A stretch of DNA of 37,684 nucleotides from an uncultured Demequinaceae bacterium. Its GTDB lineage: Bacteria > Actinomycetota > Actinomycetes > Actinomycetales > Demequinaceae. This document shows positions 19,008 to 29,024 of the stretch, piece by piece; within the stretch, counting starts at the first letter, position 1, and the number at the start of each line of letters is the position of its first letter. The notes beneath the pieces were generated by a model, which searched no databases, had not been told where the DNA came from, and saw nothing but the letters and a program-made list of their open reading frames with translations. The stretch is taken from positions 1 to 37,684 of the forward strand of contig CAYMRO010000001.1 in the NCBI GenBank assembly GCA_964392875.1, written 5' to 3'. A program made the position numbers and the translations under genes.

Positions 19008-19463
19008 TCATAGCCGCAACCGCATCACGAGGCCGTCAACGTCTTCCGGTTGGTAGTAACGCGGGCGGATGCGCACATCCTCAAATCCGTACTCGCGATA
19101 CAGCGCGAGCGCGGGTGTGTTCTCCACCGACACCTCAAGCCAGGCGTCCGGAGCACCAAGCGATCGCGCTTCGGCAAGAAAGTCATCCATGAACGCCCGC
19201 GCCACCCCATGCCGCCTCGCGTCCGGAACAACCGCCAGATTCATGAGGTGAAACGCGTCCCCCTCAAAGCCGTAGACCGCGTATGCCACCAACTCGCCGT
19301 CCAGCTCCGCGCCGCGATAGCGCGCGCTGCCGTGGATGAAGTCTGCGCGAATGAGCGCCTCCGACCACGCCGCCGGCCCAAAGATAGCCACCTCTTGCTG
19401 GGTCACCCACGCGAGGTCCTGCTCCGTGAGGTCCCGCAGCCGTAGCGACGGCGCGCCAATCAT
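19008..19463 (-). CDS. rimI: Ribosomal protein alanine N-acetyltransferase
   Basis: GNAT motifs (NLAV.P.ARRHG, LEV...N..A..LY...GF...RPRYY). Located between tsaB and tsaD. Confidence 0.88.
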   Translation of the reverse strand: MIGAPSLRLRDLTEQDLAWVTQQEVAIFGPAAWSEALIRADFIHGSARYRGAELDGELVAYAVYGFEGDAFHLMNLAVVPDARRHGVARAFMDDFLAEARSLGAPDAWLEVSVENTPALALYREYGFEDVRIRPRYYQPEDVDGLVMRLRL

Positions 19464-20053
19464 GCGCCCGGCACCCCGTGGACGTCCGGGCGGCGCAGAT
19501 ACAGCGGTTCCGTTGGCATTTCCGTGCCCGACGCTCTGGCCGCGTTCGCCACTCGCACCAAGTAAGCGGGGTTTGGGTCGGCGGCGGTTCCGTTAGCGAA
19601 GACGTCCGGGTACAGCGCCGTCCCGCGGCCCACGGCCGCGGCCGCTTGGGGGACGTCCGCAGGTACGGCAACTGCGGGTCCATCGACTCGCACCCCGTCC
19701 CGGTACATGGCCCAATAGACCTCGCGGCGGCGCGCGTCCGTGACAACAACGCACGTGCCAAATTCCGCGCCCAGCGCGTCAAGCGAACACACTCCTTCAA
19801 CCGGGATGTTCCACGCGTAGCCAAGGGTGCGTGCCGTGACGAGGCCCACCCGCAGCCCCGTGAAAGTGGCCGGCCCGGTGCCAACCACGATGCGCTCGGG
19901 CCTTGCCCCGGCGTCCGCGAGCACCGCCTCCACCATCCCGGCAAGCAACTCGGCATGGCCACGCGGCGCAAACTCGCTTCGCGACGCAACGACGTCCGTG
20001 CCGTCGACGGCGGCCACGGCGATAGCCCCAGAGGTGTCAATCGCGAGGATCAT
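19460..20053 (-). CDS. tsaB: t6A biosynthesis protein TsaB
   Basis: LAIDTS, GPATFTGLRVG, DARRREVY, PLYLRRPD. Confidence 0.93.
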   Translation of the reverse strand: MILAIDTSGAIAVAAVDGTDVVASRSEFAPRGHAELLAGMVEAVLADAGARPERIVVGTGPATFTGLRVGLVTARTLGYAWNIPVEGVCSLDALGAEFGTCVVVTDARRREVYWAMYRDGVRVDGPAVAVPADVPQAAAAVGRGTALYPDVFANGTAADPNPAYLVRVANAARASGTEMPTEPLYLRRPDVHGVPGA

Positions 20054-20553
20054 GCGGCGCTCCCAAAATCTACGTTCGCCCAGCGCGCGCCATGGCCTTC
20101 AAGGATCACGGTGCGATCCCCGCCGTCTGCCGCGTCCAGATCGAACTCGCCGCCACGCGTGCGCGCAATGTTCACGTGCAGCCGGTCCTCGGAGAGCGCG
20201 CTCGCAGAGTCGCCCCACTCCACCACCGTCACGGAATCTTCGAGGGTGGCGTCCAGGTCAAGATCGTCGAGCTCCGCCAAGGAGCCCAGCCGGTAGGCGT
20301 CCACGTGCACTAGGGATGGGCCACCCACGGTTGAAGGATGCGTGCGCGCAATGATGAACGTGGGGCTCGCGATGGGACCGCGCACGCCAAGCGCCTCGCC
20401 CAGTCCCTGCGTGAAGGTCGTCTTCCCCGCGCCCAAATCTCCCGTCAAGATCAGTAGATCTCCGGCGCGAACGTGAGGCGCAACAACGGTGCCGGCAAGA
20501 GACCGCATGGCCACGGCGTCGGGCACTACAAAACTGCTCACGGCGCCACTCAC
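20050..20553 (-). CDS. tsaE: t6A biosynthesis ATPase TsaE
   Basis: GDLGAGKTTFT, SPTF, HVDAYRL, VEWG. GTG at 20553 overlaps the alr stop. Confidence 0.93.
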   Translation of the reverse strand: MSGAVSSFVVPDAVAMRSLAGTVVAPHVRAGDLLILTGDLGAGKTTFTQGLGEALGVRGPIASPTFIIARTHPSTVGGPSLVHVDAYRLGSLAELDDLDLDATLEDSVTVVEWGDSASALSEDRLHVNIARTRGGEFDLDAADGGDRTVILEGHGARWANVDFGSAA

Positions 20554-21659
20554 ACGCCCGCCTTGGGGCGCAGACCGCCAAACCGGCACACAATCTCGTA
20601 GTCGATGGTGTCGAGCGCGTTGGCCCAATCGCGAGCGCTGGGGCCCGCGGGCCCAATCAGGGTGACGACGTCGCCAACGACGCACTCCGTCGCAGGCCCC
20701 AGGTCCACCACAAACTGATCCATGCATACGCGGCCCGCAATGGTGTAGCGCCGGCCGCGAATGGACACCTCGGCCACGTTGCCTGCCGAGCGCATGATGC
20801 CGTCCGCATAGCCCGCATCCACGAGGCCCAAGGTGGTGGGCATGGGCGTGACGTACTCGTGGCCGTAGCTCACGCCCTGGCCGGCAGGCACATCCTTGAC
20901 GAGCACCAACTCCGAGGTCACCGACATTGCGGGCTCAAGGCCCCAATTGGCGCCGTCAGGATCTGGCACCGGCGGGAGACCGTAGACCGCAATTCCCGGC
21001 CGTACCAGGTCAAAGTGCAGGTCCGGCCGCGTCAGCGTGGCCGCGGAATTGGCGAGGTGACGCATTTCCACCTCAAGGCCGTAGGTGTCCAGCAACGCGG
21101 TCGCGGAGCGGAAGATGTCCGTCTGCGCGTCGATGGTTGGATGCCCCGGCTGGTCCGCCCACGCAAAGTGGGACCAGATGCCAACGAGCTTCACGAGACC
21201 CTCGCGCTGGGCGGCCGCAATGAGGTCCATGAGCCCGTCGAGCCGCGACGGCTGCACGCCCTCGCGCCCAAGTCCCGTGTCCACACACAAGTGCAGCCTC
21301 GCTACGAGGCCGTGCTCGCGCGCAGCGGCGAGGATGACCCCCAGCACATCCGGCGAGGACACCGAGAGGTCAATACCCGCGGAAATCAGTTGCTCGGCGG
21401 CCACTTCCGGCCCGTAGAGCCACGTGAAAATGTGGCCCTCATCGCCGGCCTCGCGCAGCTCCAACGCCTCGTCCGGCTGCGCCACGCCAAGCCACGTTGC
21501 CCCGCCGGCGCGCGCCGCAGCCGCCGCGGGGAGCAAGCCGTGACCATAGGCGTCGGCCTTGATGACGGCCATCACCTGGGCGTCGCCCGCGCGCTGCACC
21601 AGAGCGGCAACATTGCGCGCGATCGCGCCGTAGTCCACGCGAATCGCAATCCTGCTCAT
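20550..21659 (-). CDS. alr: Alanine racemase
   Basis: AVIKADAYGHG PLP-lysine motif, HLANSA, RPGI, GYADG, GRVCMDQ. Confidence 0.95.
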   Translation of the reverse strand: MSRIAIRVDYGAIARNVAALVQRAGDAQVMAVIKADAYGHGLLPAAAAARAGGATWLGVAQPDEALELREAGDEGHIFTWLYGPEVAAEQLISAGIDLSVSSPDVLGVILAAAREHGLVARLHLCVDTGLGREGVQPSRLDGLMDLIAAAQREGLVKLVGIWSHFAWADQPGHPTIDAQTDIFRSATALLDTYGLEVEMRHLANSAATLTRPDLHFDLVRPGIAVYGLPPVPDPDGANWGLEPAMSVTSELVLVKDVPAGQGVSYGHEYVTPMPTTLGLVDAGYADGIMRSAGNVAEVSIRGRRYTIAGRVCMDQFVVDLGPATECVVGDVVTLIGPAGPSARDWANALDTIDYEIVCRFGGLRPKAGV

Positions 21660-22012
21660 GCACCCTCTCCAATAACAACCGCCGACGCGATGCCCGCGTC
21701 GTGTGACAGCGACAGATGAAAGTGGGTGATGCCCAGTTCCGCTGCCCGCGCGGCTGCCGTGCCGCGCACCACAAGCGTTGGTTTGCCCGACGCTTCACTC
21801 ACCACTTCTGCGTCGTGCCAGTTGAGCCCGCCGGGGCTCGCAAGGGCCTTCGCGAGCGCTTCCTTTGCGGCCCAGCGCGCGGCAAGGCTCGCGGTGCTGC
21901 GATTGCGCTCATCCACGGTGAAGACGCGCTCCACGAAGCCGGGTGATCGCGTCACTGCGTGTTCAAAGCGCGCGATTTCCACCACGTCAATGCCGAGCCC
22001 AAGGATGCTCAC
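21656..22012 (-). CDS. acpS: Holo-ACP synthase
   Basis: GLGIDVV, ARWAAKEA, SGKP, LSLSHD. GTG start at 22012. Confidence 0.92.
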   Translation of the reverse strand: MSILGLGIDVVEIARFEHAVTRSPGFVERVFTVDERNRSTASLAARWAAKEALAKALASPGGLNWHDAEVVSEASGKPTLVVRGTAAARAAELGITHFHLSLSHDAGIASAVVIGEGA

Positions 22013-22016
22013 GGCG

Positions 22017-23882
22017 TTACTCGACCGTGACGGACTTGGCGAGGTTGCGGGGTTGGTCAACATCGTGACCCTTGGCGCTTGCGAGTTCCAGCGCCAACAA
22101 ATGCAGCGGCACCACGGTCAGCAAGGGGGCGAGCAGCACGGGCGCGCGGGGCACGTAAAAGACCTGCTCCGCGTAGTCGGCTGCAACCTCGTCGCCTTCC
22201 TCGGCGATGACGAACGTGCGAGCGCCGCGGGCGCGCACCTCTTGGACGTTGCTCACGACCTTGGAGTGCAGCGATTCACGGCCACGCGGGCTGGGCAGGA
22301 TGATGACTACGGGCTGGCCCTCTTCTACGAGAGCGATGGGACCGTGCTTGAGCTCGCCGGCCGCAAAACCCTCCGCGTGGATGTACGCGAGTTCCTTGAG
22401 CTTGAGTGCGCCTTCGAGCGCAATGGGGTAGCCAACGTGCCTGCCGAGGAACAATACGGTGCGCTCATTCGCGAGCGAACGGCCCACCTCGCGAACCGCG
22501 TTGGACGTATCGAGTACCCATTGGATCTTGGCGGGGATGCTGTCTAGTTGCCCCAGGAGCGCCGCAATCTCATCAGGGAACTTGTTGCCTCGCAGTTCCG
22601 CGAGGTACAGACCCAAGAGGTACGCGGCGGTGATTTGCGCCACGAAGGCCTTGGTGGAGGCCACCGCAATCTCCGGGCCGGCGCGCGTGTAGAGCACGGC
22701 GTTGGCCTCGCGCGCAATTGTGGAGCCCTGGGTGTTGACGATGGCGATGACGTTGGCGCCCTGCTGTTGCGCGTGGCGCACAGCCATGATGGTGTCCATC
22801 GTCTCGCCCGATTGACTGATTGCTACAACCAGGGTGCGTACGTTGACCACGGGGTCGCGATAGCGGAATTCGTGGGCCAGCTCCACCTCTACGGGGATGC
22901 GGGTCCAGTGTTCAATGGCGTACTTGGCCACCGAGCCTGCGTACGCCGCCGTTCCGCACGCAATGATGACTATCTTGTCCACGGCGTTGAGAACGGACTC
23001 GTCAACGAATCCCGCGTCCAGTTGCAGCTTGCCGCGCTCGTCGATGCGCCCCCGCAGGGTGTCCGCAACAGCGGCGGGCTCCTCGAAAATCTCCTTCTCC
23101 ATGAAGGTGGCGTAGCCGCCCTTCTGGGCCGCCTCCGCGTCCCAGTCCACGTGGTACGGCGTGCGCGAGACCACGTCGCCATTTGCGTCAGTCACAACCA
23201 CAGCGTCGGGCGTAATTTCTACGACCTCGTCTTGACCTAGTTCCAAGGCTTCACGCGTGTACTCAATGAATGCCACCACATCCGAGGCGAGAAAGTTCTC
23301 GCCCTCACCAAGCCCAACGACGAGCGGGCTATTGCGCCGCGCGCCTACCACCACGTGGGGCTCGCGCGAGTCAACGGCGAGCAGCGTGAAGGCGCCCTCG
23401 AGTTCCCGGACTATGGTGCGCATCGCCTCGGTGAGCGACTTGCCCGCGTCCACCTCGCGCGCCAGCAGGTGGCCCGCAACCTCGGTGTCCGTCTCGGACT
23501 GGAAGATGAACCCCTCCCCTGCGAGATCCGTGCGCAGCGTTGCGTAGTTCTCGATGATGCCGTTGTGGATGATCGCGATTCGTCCATCGGCAGACAGGTG
23601 CGGATGCGCGTTGGCGTCCGTTGGCGCGCCGTGGGTAGCCCAGCGGGTGTGGCCAATTGCGGCGGTGCCGTCACTGAGCGGGTGATCGGCGAGCTCCTTG
23701 GAGAGGTTGACCAGTTTGCCTGCGCGCTTGGCTACGTCGAGACGCTGGGGGTCTTCCGTGACAATCGCGATGCCTGCAGAGTCGTAGCCGCGATACTCGA
23801 GCCGCGCAAGGCCACTCATCACCACGCCCTGCGGCCTGCCGCTGGCATCGCCCGATCCCACGTATCCGACGATTCCACACAT
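22017..23882 (-). CDS. glmS: Glutamine-fructose-6-phosphate aminotransferase
   Basis: True start MCGIVGY at 23882. GHTRWATHG, C-terminal PRNLAKSVTVE. Confidence 0.97.
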   Translation of the reverse strand: MCGIVGYVGSGDASGRPQGVVMSGLARLEYRGYDSAGIAIVTEDPQRLDVAKRAGKLVNLSKELADHPLSDGTAAIGHTRWATHGAPTDANAHPHLSADGRIAIIHNGIIENYATLRTDLAGEGFIFQSETDTEVAGHLLAREVDAGKSLTEAMRTIVRELEGAFTLLAVDSREPHVVVGARRNSPLVVGLGEGENFLASDVVAFIEYTREALELGQDEVVEITPDAVVVTDANGDVVSRTPYHVDWDAEAAQKGGYATFMEKEIFEEPAAVADTLRGRIDERGKLQLDAGFVDESVLNAVDKIVIIACGTAAYAGSVAKYAIEHWTRIPVEVELAHEFRYRDPVVNVRTLVVAISQSGETMDTIMAVRHAQQQGANVIAIVNTQGSTIAREANAVLYTRAGPEIAVASTKAFVAQITAAYLLGLYLAELRGNKFPDEIAALLGQLDSIPAKIQWVLDTSNAVREVGRSLANERTVLFLGRHVGYPIALEGALKLKELAYIHAEGFAAGELKHGPIALVEEGQPVVIILPSPRGRESLHSKVVSNVQEVRARGARTFVIAEEGDEVAADYAEQVFYVPRAPVLLAPLLTVVPLHLLALELASAKGHDVDQPRNLAKSVTVE

Positions 23883-23970
23883 GGCTGCCAGTCTAGTTGG
23901 TGCACTGCGGTACACGGCCTTGGCCCGTGCCCACGTACGGCGAGTGCTGTGCGTGCGCCACAATGGTTCA

Positions 23971-24915
23971 GTGAGCGCGCCCGACGACACCCCGTTCCTG
24001 ACGCTGGATCGCAACGAATGGTCTGCCCTCGCCGCAGCCACTCCCCTCCCCCTCACGGAAGCGGACATCGCGCGCGTGCGCGGGCTCGGCGACCCCATAG
24101 ACCTGGGCGAGGTAGACACCATCTACCGGCCGTTGTCACGCCTGTTAGACCTCTACTCCGAGTCAGTGGGCCGCCTCCACGACGCCACGAGCGAATTCCT
24201 AGGCGAGCGCGCTGGGCGTACGCCATTTGTCATTGGCATCGCCGGCTCAGTTGCGGTAGGCAAGTCCACCACCGCGCGAGTGTTGCGCGAGCTTATGGCG
24301 CGCTGGCCCGGTTCTCCCCGGGTTTCCCTTGTCACCACGGATGGATTCCTCTACCCCAATGCCGTGCTGGACGAGCGCGGACTGCTTGACCGCAAGGGCT
24401 TCCCGGAGTCGTATGACCGGCGCGCCTTGCGGAGTTTCGTATGGAAGGTGAAGTCCGGTGTGGCGAAGGTTCACGCCCCCGTCTACTCGCACATCACCTA
24501 CGACATCGTGCCCGATGCCACGGTGACCATCGAACGGCCAGACGTGCTCATCGTCGAGGGCCTCAATGTGCTGCAGCCGCCATACCGCCGCTCGGTGGGC
24601 GGGTTCTCGCACGCGATCAGCGACTACTTTGACGTCTCCATCTATGTGGACGCGCACCAACCAGACGTGCGCCGCTGGTACGTGGAGCGCTTCCTTGAAT
24701 TTCGGCAGACGGCGTTTGCACGGCCGGACTCGTACTTCCGCACCTACGCGGACCTCAGCGACGACGAGGCGATCGCCAAGGCGGGACAGATCTGGGACAC
24801 CATCAACGCGCCCAACTTGGCGCGCAATATTGCGCCCACGCGGTCGCGCGCAACGATCATCCTGCGCAAAGGCGCCGATCACTCGGTTGAATCGGTGAGC
24901 CTCAGGAAGCTGTGA
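23971..24915 (+). CDS. coaA: Type I pantothenate kinase
   Basis: GSVAVGKST, DGFLYPN, KGFPESYD, EGLNVLQ. GTG at 23971 with CACAAT 6 nt upstream. Confidence 0.93.
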   Translation: MSAPDDTPFLTLDRNEWSALAAATPLPLTEADIARVRGLGDPIDLGEVDTIYRPLSRLLDLYSESVGRLHDATSEFLGERAGRTPFVIGIAGSVAVGKSTTARVLRELMARWPGSPRVSLVTTDGFLYPNAVLDERGLLDRKGFPESYDRRALRSFVWKVKSGVAKVHAPVYSHITYDIVPDATVTIERPDVLIVEGLNVLQPPYRRSVGGFSHAISDYFDVSIYVDAHQPDVRRWYVERFLEFRQTAFARPDSYFRTYADLSDDEAIAKAGQIWDTINAPNLARNIAPTRSRATIILRKGADHSVESVSLRKL

Positions 24916-24934
24916 CGCTGCGGATCTGAGCCCG

Positions 24935-25816
24935 CTAGCGCCTGCGCGCCACCAATGTGAAGGTCAGTGGGAGGAGTTCGCGTTGCGACGGCGGAAACTC
25001 AAAGTCGCCGTCCGCGCGCTCCACCATGAACTCCGAGAACCTCCACGGCAGCGTCTGTCCCTCGTCAAACCACACCAGCTCCAGTCCCGCCGCGAGGATG
25101 ACTTGCAGCACTTCGGACACGGGGTGCGGAAACTCGTAGGTGCGCTGGTGCGTGATGGTGCCCTCACCCACGTAGCTTTCATCGGCATCCCACACTTGAG
25201 CGCGACCGTTCGCGAAGTACCGGAAGCGCGTGGTGAGCGCCTCGAGTCCCTCATCGAGCGAATACAGCGCGGGGTGGCCGTCGCGGATGTAGAAAAGGCC
25301 GCCGGGGCGCAACAGTGCCGCAACTTGCTCCGCCCAGCGGCCGATGTCCGCGAGCCAGCCAATGGTGCCGATGCTCGTGTAGACCACATCAAACTCGCGG
25401 TGAGCGCCCAGCGCTTCGGTGACTGCGGCGCGCGCCTCCAAGACGTCGGCGTGAACCCACTCGGCAGCGATCCCTGTCGAGGCGGCAAGTTCCGCGCCAG
25501 CGGCGAGCGCGGGCTCAGAGAAGTCCACTCCCACCACGCGCGCGCCCGCGCGTGCCAGGGACACGGTGTCCGTGCCGATGTGGCACTGCAGATGACACAG
25601 CTCCAGTCCCGCGAGACCAGCGGGCAGGAATCGTTCCAGCACGGGCAAGTCCACGGCCACCACCTGGGAGATGTGGGTGGGATCGCTCCGGTATGCCTCA
25701 AGGTCATACCCGCCATTGGTGTGGATCTCCACACGGTCGTTCCAGTTCGCGAGGTTCGCGGCCCGCGCGTCTTCCCAAGCGACCTCTACGTCATCACCCA
25801 CGAATTCCTCGGCCAT
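24935..25816 (-). CDS. Class I SAM-dependent methyltransferase
   Basis: HLQCHIG.D..SLAR.GA...GVDFS, FDVVYTS.G. ATG 25816 with TAGAAT 6 nt upstream. Confidence 0.85.
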   Translation of the reverse strand: MAEEFVGDDVEVAWEDARAANLANWNDRVEIHTNGGYDLEAYRSDPTHISQVVAVDLPVLERFLPAGLAGLELCHLQCHIGTDTVSLARAGARVVGVDFSEPALAAGAELAASTGIAAEWVHADVLEARAAVTEALGAHREFDVVYTSIGTIGWLADIGRWAEQVAALLRPGGLFYIRDGHPALYSLDEGLEALTTRFRYFANGRAQVWDADESYVGEGTITHQRTYEFPHPVSEVLQVILAAGLELVWFDEGQTLPWRFSEFMVERADGDFEFPPSQRELLPLTFTLVARRR

Positions 25817-25845
25817 GCCCAAATTCTACGGTGAGGCGCCCAGCC

Positions 25846-26514
25846 CTACCCGAGATTGGGCTCTTGCGAGGAATCCTCAGCCGGAGCGTCGGGCACGCTG
25901 ACTCCAAAGCGAGCGAGGATGCGGTCGATAAGCCAACCGAGCGCCACACCGCCAACCACGCCAACGAGAATCGACAACAGCAGGTTGTCGATGAGCGCGG
26001 CGGCCCACACCCCGATCGCCACGGCGTAAGACGCCCAGATGACTGCTGCGATGGCGTCGAAGATCATGAAGGTGCGCCGCGGGAAGGCGAGCGAGCCGGC
26101 GGTCAGGTTGACGGCAACCCTGCCGAACGGGATGAAGCGGGCGGCGATGATGATCGCGGCGCCGCGGTTGTGGAGCGCGTGATCGGCCCAGTCAAGGGTG
26201 TGCTGGCCGCGGGTGGAGCGGAACAGGCGGAAGGACCGCAAGTGAATCTTGGTACCCACTTGGTAGGCGATCTGGTCTCCGCACCACGCGCCGGCGGCCG
26301 CGGTGAGCCAGATGAGCGGGAGCCACGGAGTACCGGAGCTCTTCCAGGCGGCAGACGCAGCGATGACCACGGACTCCGAGGGCACAACGGGGAGGATGCC
26401 GTCCACCGTGGTCAGCACGTACACCCACACGTAGATCCAGGCGGACTCCATGGCCGCGATCACAACGTCCTCGATGCTCGAGCTGAAGTGAACGACCCAG
26501 TCCCAGATGCTCAT
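25846..26514 (-). CDS. DedA family membrane protein
   Basis: P.VPSE, GD..AY.VG, ARFIP.GR motifs. Start overlaps the glmM stop. Confidence 0.9.
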   Translation of the reverse strand: MSIWDWVVHFSSSIEDVVIAAMESAWIYVWVYVLTTVDGILPVVPSESVVIAASAAWKSSGTPWLPLIWLTAAAGAWCGDQIAYQVGTKIHLRSFRLFRSTRGQHTLDWADHALHNRGAAIIIAARFIPFGRVAVNLTAGSLAFPRRTFMIFDAIAAVIWASYAVAIGVWAAALIDNLLLSILVGVVGGVALGWLIDRILARFGVSVPDAPAEDSSQEPNLG

Positions 26515-27875
26515 GACAGGGCCAGTCGTTCCCGCACCACCGCCGCAAGCTCGTCGGCGTAGCGCTGCGCCTCATCTTGCGTTGTTGCCTCCACCATCAC
26601 GCGTACCAGCCTTTCTGTGCCCGACGGCCGGAGCAGCACCCTGCCCCCGTCACCCAAGTGCGCGCGTACCTTGGCAACGGCCTCGCCAAGCACGCGATCC
26701 GTGTGGACGCGAGCGCGATCACAGTTGGGAACGTTGACTAGCACTTGCGGCAGCGTTTCAATCCCCGCGCTGAGGTTCGCGAGCGCACCGCGCTCGGCAA
26801 CCTGCGCGGCGAGCACCAGCGAGGTGAGCACGCCGTCACCCGTGGTGGCGTAGTCCGTGAGAATCACATGGCCGGATTGCTCCCCGCCAAGCGTGTAGCC
26901 GCCCTCGCGCATGGCCTCGAGCACGTAGCGGTCGCCCACCGCGGACTCGATGATCGTGATGTCCGCCGCACGCATCGCGCGGTGCAGGCCCAGGTTGCTC
27001 ATCACGGTGGCTACGAGGGTGTTGTGGTACAGCGCTCCAGAGCGGTGCATGGCTAGAGCGAGGAGGCCCATGATCTGGTCGCCGTTGACGATGCCGCCGG
27101 CCGCGTCCACAGCGAGGCAGCGGTCCGCGTCCCCGTCATAGGCCACGCCCAGGTCCGCGCCCAGGTCAACTACTGCGGCGCGCAGGCCATCAAGGTGCGT
27201 GGACCCCACGCCGTCGTTGATGTTGAGACCGTTGGGGGCCACGTTGATGGCGTGCACCTCGGCGCCCGCGGCGGTGAGCGCGGCTGGCCCCACCGCCCAA
27301 GCTGCGCCATGCCCAGCGTCCACCACTATCTTGACTCCGGCAAGCGGGCGGTCAACACCCGCAAAGGAAGCCGCCGCCGCAACCACGTGAGCCACGTATT
27401 CCGCGCCGAGCTGCGGAGACGGAACGATGGTGCCAACTGCTCCGGCCGTGGGCCTTTCCCACGGTTCGCCAAGGCGAGATTCGATGGCCTCTTCAACGGC
27501 ATCGTCCAATTTGTGACCACCGCGTGCAAAGAATTTGATGCCGTTGTCCGGCGCGGGGTTGTGGGACGCGGACAGCACCACGCCCAGGTCAGCCTCGGTG
27601 AATGCCGTCAGATACGCGATGCCGGGCGTGGGAAGCACGCCAACGTCAATGACATCAACGCCCGCAGACGCAAGACCGGCCGCAACCGCCGCACTCAGGA
27701 ACTCGCCTGAGATGCGGGTGTCGCGGCCGATGACTGCTTGGGGCCGGTGACCGGAGAACTCGCCACGCTCGGCGAGAACGTGCGCGGCGGCAACGGCGAG
27801 ATCCACCGCGAGTTCCGCAGTGATGTCGCGGTTGGCTACACCGCGGACTCCGTCCGTCCCAAAGAGCCGCGCCAT
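26511..27875 (-). CDS. glmM: Phosphoglucosamine mutase
   Basis: LFGTDGVRG, SASHNP, DGDADR, GGEQSGH, RPSGTE. Confidence 0.96.
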   Translation of the reverse strand: MARLFGTDGVRGVANRDITAELAVDLAVAAAHVLAERGEFSGHRPQAVIGRDTRISGEFLSAAVAAGLASAGVDVIDVGVLPTPGIAYLTAFTEADLGVVLSASHNPAPDNGIKFFARGGHKLDDAVEEAIESRLGEPWERPTAGAVGTIVPSPQLGAEYVAHVVAAAASFAGVDRPLAGVKIVVDAGHGAAWAVGPAALTAAGAEVHAINVAPNGLNINDGVGSTHLDGLRAAVVDLGADLGVAYDGDADRCLAVDAAGGIVNGDQIMGLLALAMHRSGALYHNTLVATVMSNLGLHRAMRAADITIIESAVGDRYVLEAMREGGYTLGGEQSGHVILTDYATTGDGVLTSLVLAAQVAERGALANLSAGIETLPQVLVNVPNCDRARVHTDRVLGEAVAKVRAHLGDGGRVLLRPSGTERLVRVMVEATTQDEAQRYADELAAVVRERLALS

Positions 27876-27885
27876 GCGCGGAACC

Positions 27886-28374
27886 TTAGCGCTTCGAGTA
27901 CTGCGGTGCGCGGCGTGCCTTCTTGAGTCCGGCCTTCTTGCGCTCCACGACGCGAGCGTCGCGGGTCAGGAAGCCGGCCTTCTTGAGGGCGGGGCGGTTG
28001 TTCTCTTCGTCGATCAGGTTGAGCGCACGAGCCACACCAAGGCGCAGTGCGCCAGCCTGGCCGGAGGTGCCGCCACCAACGATGCGGGCGTGGACGTCGA
28101 ACTTGCCCTCGATGTCGAGGAGCGCGAACGGCGAGTTCACGAGCTGCTGGTGCACCTTGTTGGGGAAGTACGCGTCGAGCTCGCGACCGTTGATGGTCCA
28201 CACTCCGGTGCCGGGGACCAGGCGCACGCGCGCAACGGCCTCCTTGCGGCGGCCAAGGCCACCGCCCGGGTTGATCGCGGAGGCACCCTTGCCGCGAACG
28301 GGCGCGGTCTCAGAGGTGTACTCGGTGGCCTCAATGGCCTCGTCGTTCTCGATGGTCTCGGTCACGTCAGTCAC
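27886..28374 (-). CDS. rpsI: 30S ribosomal protein S9
   Basis: [34 protein letters not shown]. Confidence 0.97.
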   Translation of the reverse strand: MTDVTETIENDEAIEATEYTSETAPVRGKGASAINPGGGLGRRKEAVARVRLVPGTGVWTINGRELDAYFPNKVHQQLVNSPFALLDIEGKFDVHARIVGGGTSGQAGALRLGVARALNLIDEENNRPALKKAGFLTRDARVVERKKAGLKKARRAPQYSKR

Positions 28375-28399
28375 TGTGTCTAATCCCTATTCCTGCGCG

Positions 28400-28843
28400 C
28401 TACTGCGCGACCTGCGTGATCTCAAACGCCTGCGGCTGCTGCGCGGCGTGGGGGTGCTCAGAGCCTGCGTAGACCTTGAGGTGGTTCAGCTGCTGAGCAG
28501 CAAGCTTGTTGCGGGGCAGCATGCCCTTGACGGCGTTCTCGATGACCCGCTGCGGGTTCTTCGCGAGCAACTCGCCGATGGGAACGGCGCTGAGGCCGCC
28601 CGGGTAGCCGGAGTGGCGGTAGACCATCTTGTCGGTGGCCTTGGCGCCGGTCAGGGCAACCTTCTCCGCGTTAATGACGATGACAAAGTCGCCGCCGTCA
28701 ACGTGGGGCGCAAACGTGGCCTTGTGCTTGCCGCGGAGCAGGCCAGCGACCTGCGAAGCAAGGCGACCGAGGACCACGTCAGTGGCGTCGACGACGTACC
28801 AGTTCTTGGTAACGTCGGCCGGCTTGGGGGTAAACGTGCGCAC
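28400..28843 (-). CDS. rplM: 50S ribosomal protein L13
   Basis: W.VVDA...[26 protein letters not shown]. Confidence 0.97.
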   Translation of the reverse strand: MRTFTPKPADVTKNWYVVDATDVVLGRLASQVAGLLRGKHKATFAPHVDGGDFVIVINAEKVALTGAKATDKMVYRHSGYPGGLSAVPIGELLAKNPQRVIENAVKGMLPRNKLAAQQLNHLKVYAGSEHPHAAQQPQAFEITQVAQ

Positions 28844-28962
28844 TGTAAAGCCCTAACTATCGTGAAGTGTGAGCGGCGACGAATCACCGCGAGGTTCGGT
28901 CGGCAGGTCCTGCGGCGGTGCTAGAGAATCACCGGTCCACGTGGAACGCACAACGAGGATCC

Positions 28963-28992
28963 ATCATACCGGCGAGCATGCCGTTGGGTCCA
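28963..28992 (-). promoter_or_regulatory. Putative rplM-rpsI promoter
   Basis: TGGACC-N18-TATGAT about 120 nt upstream of rplM. Confidence 0.5.
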
Positions 28993-29024
28993 TCCGCGCC
29001 ACAGGACCCCCCTACCCTTGGGAA

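Noticed and set aside
23883-23970. glmS ribozyme
   Set aside because: The spacer is only about 88 bp, shared with divergent coaA, and glmS appears leaderless.
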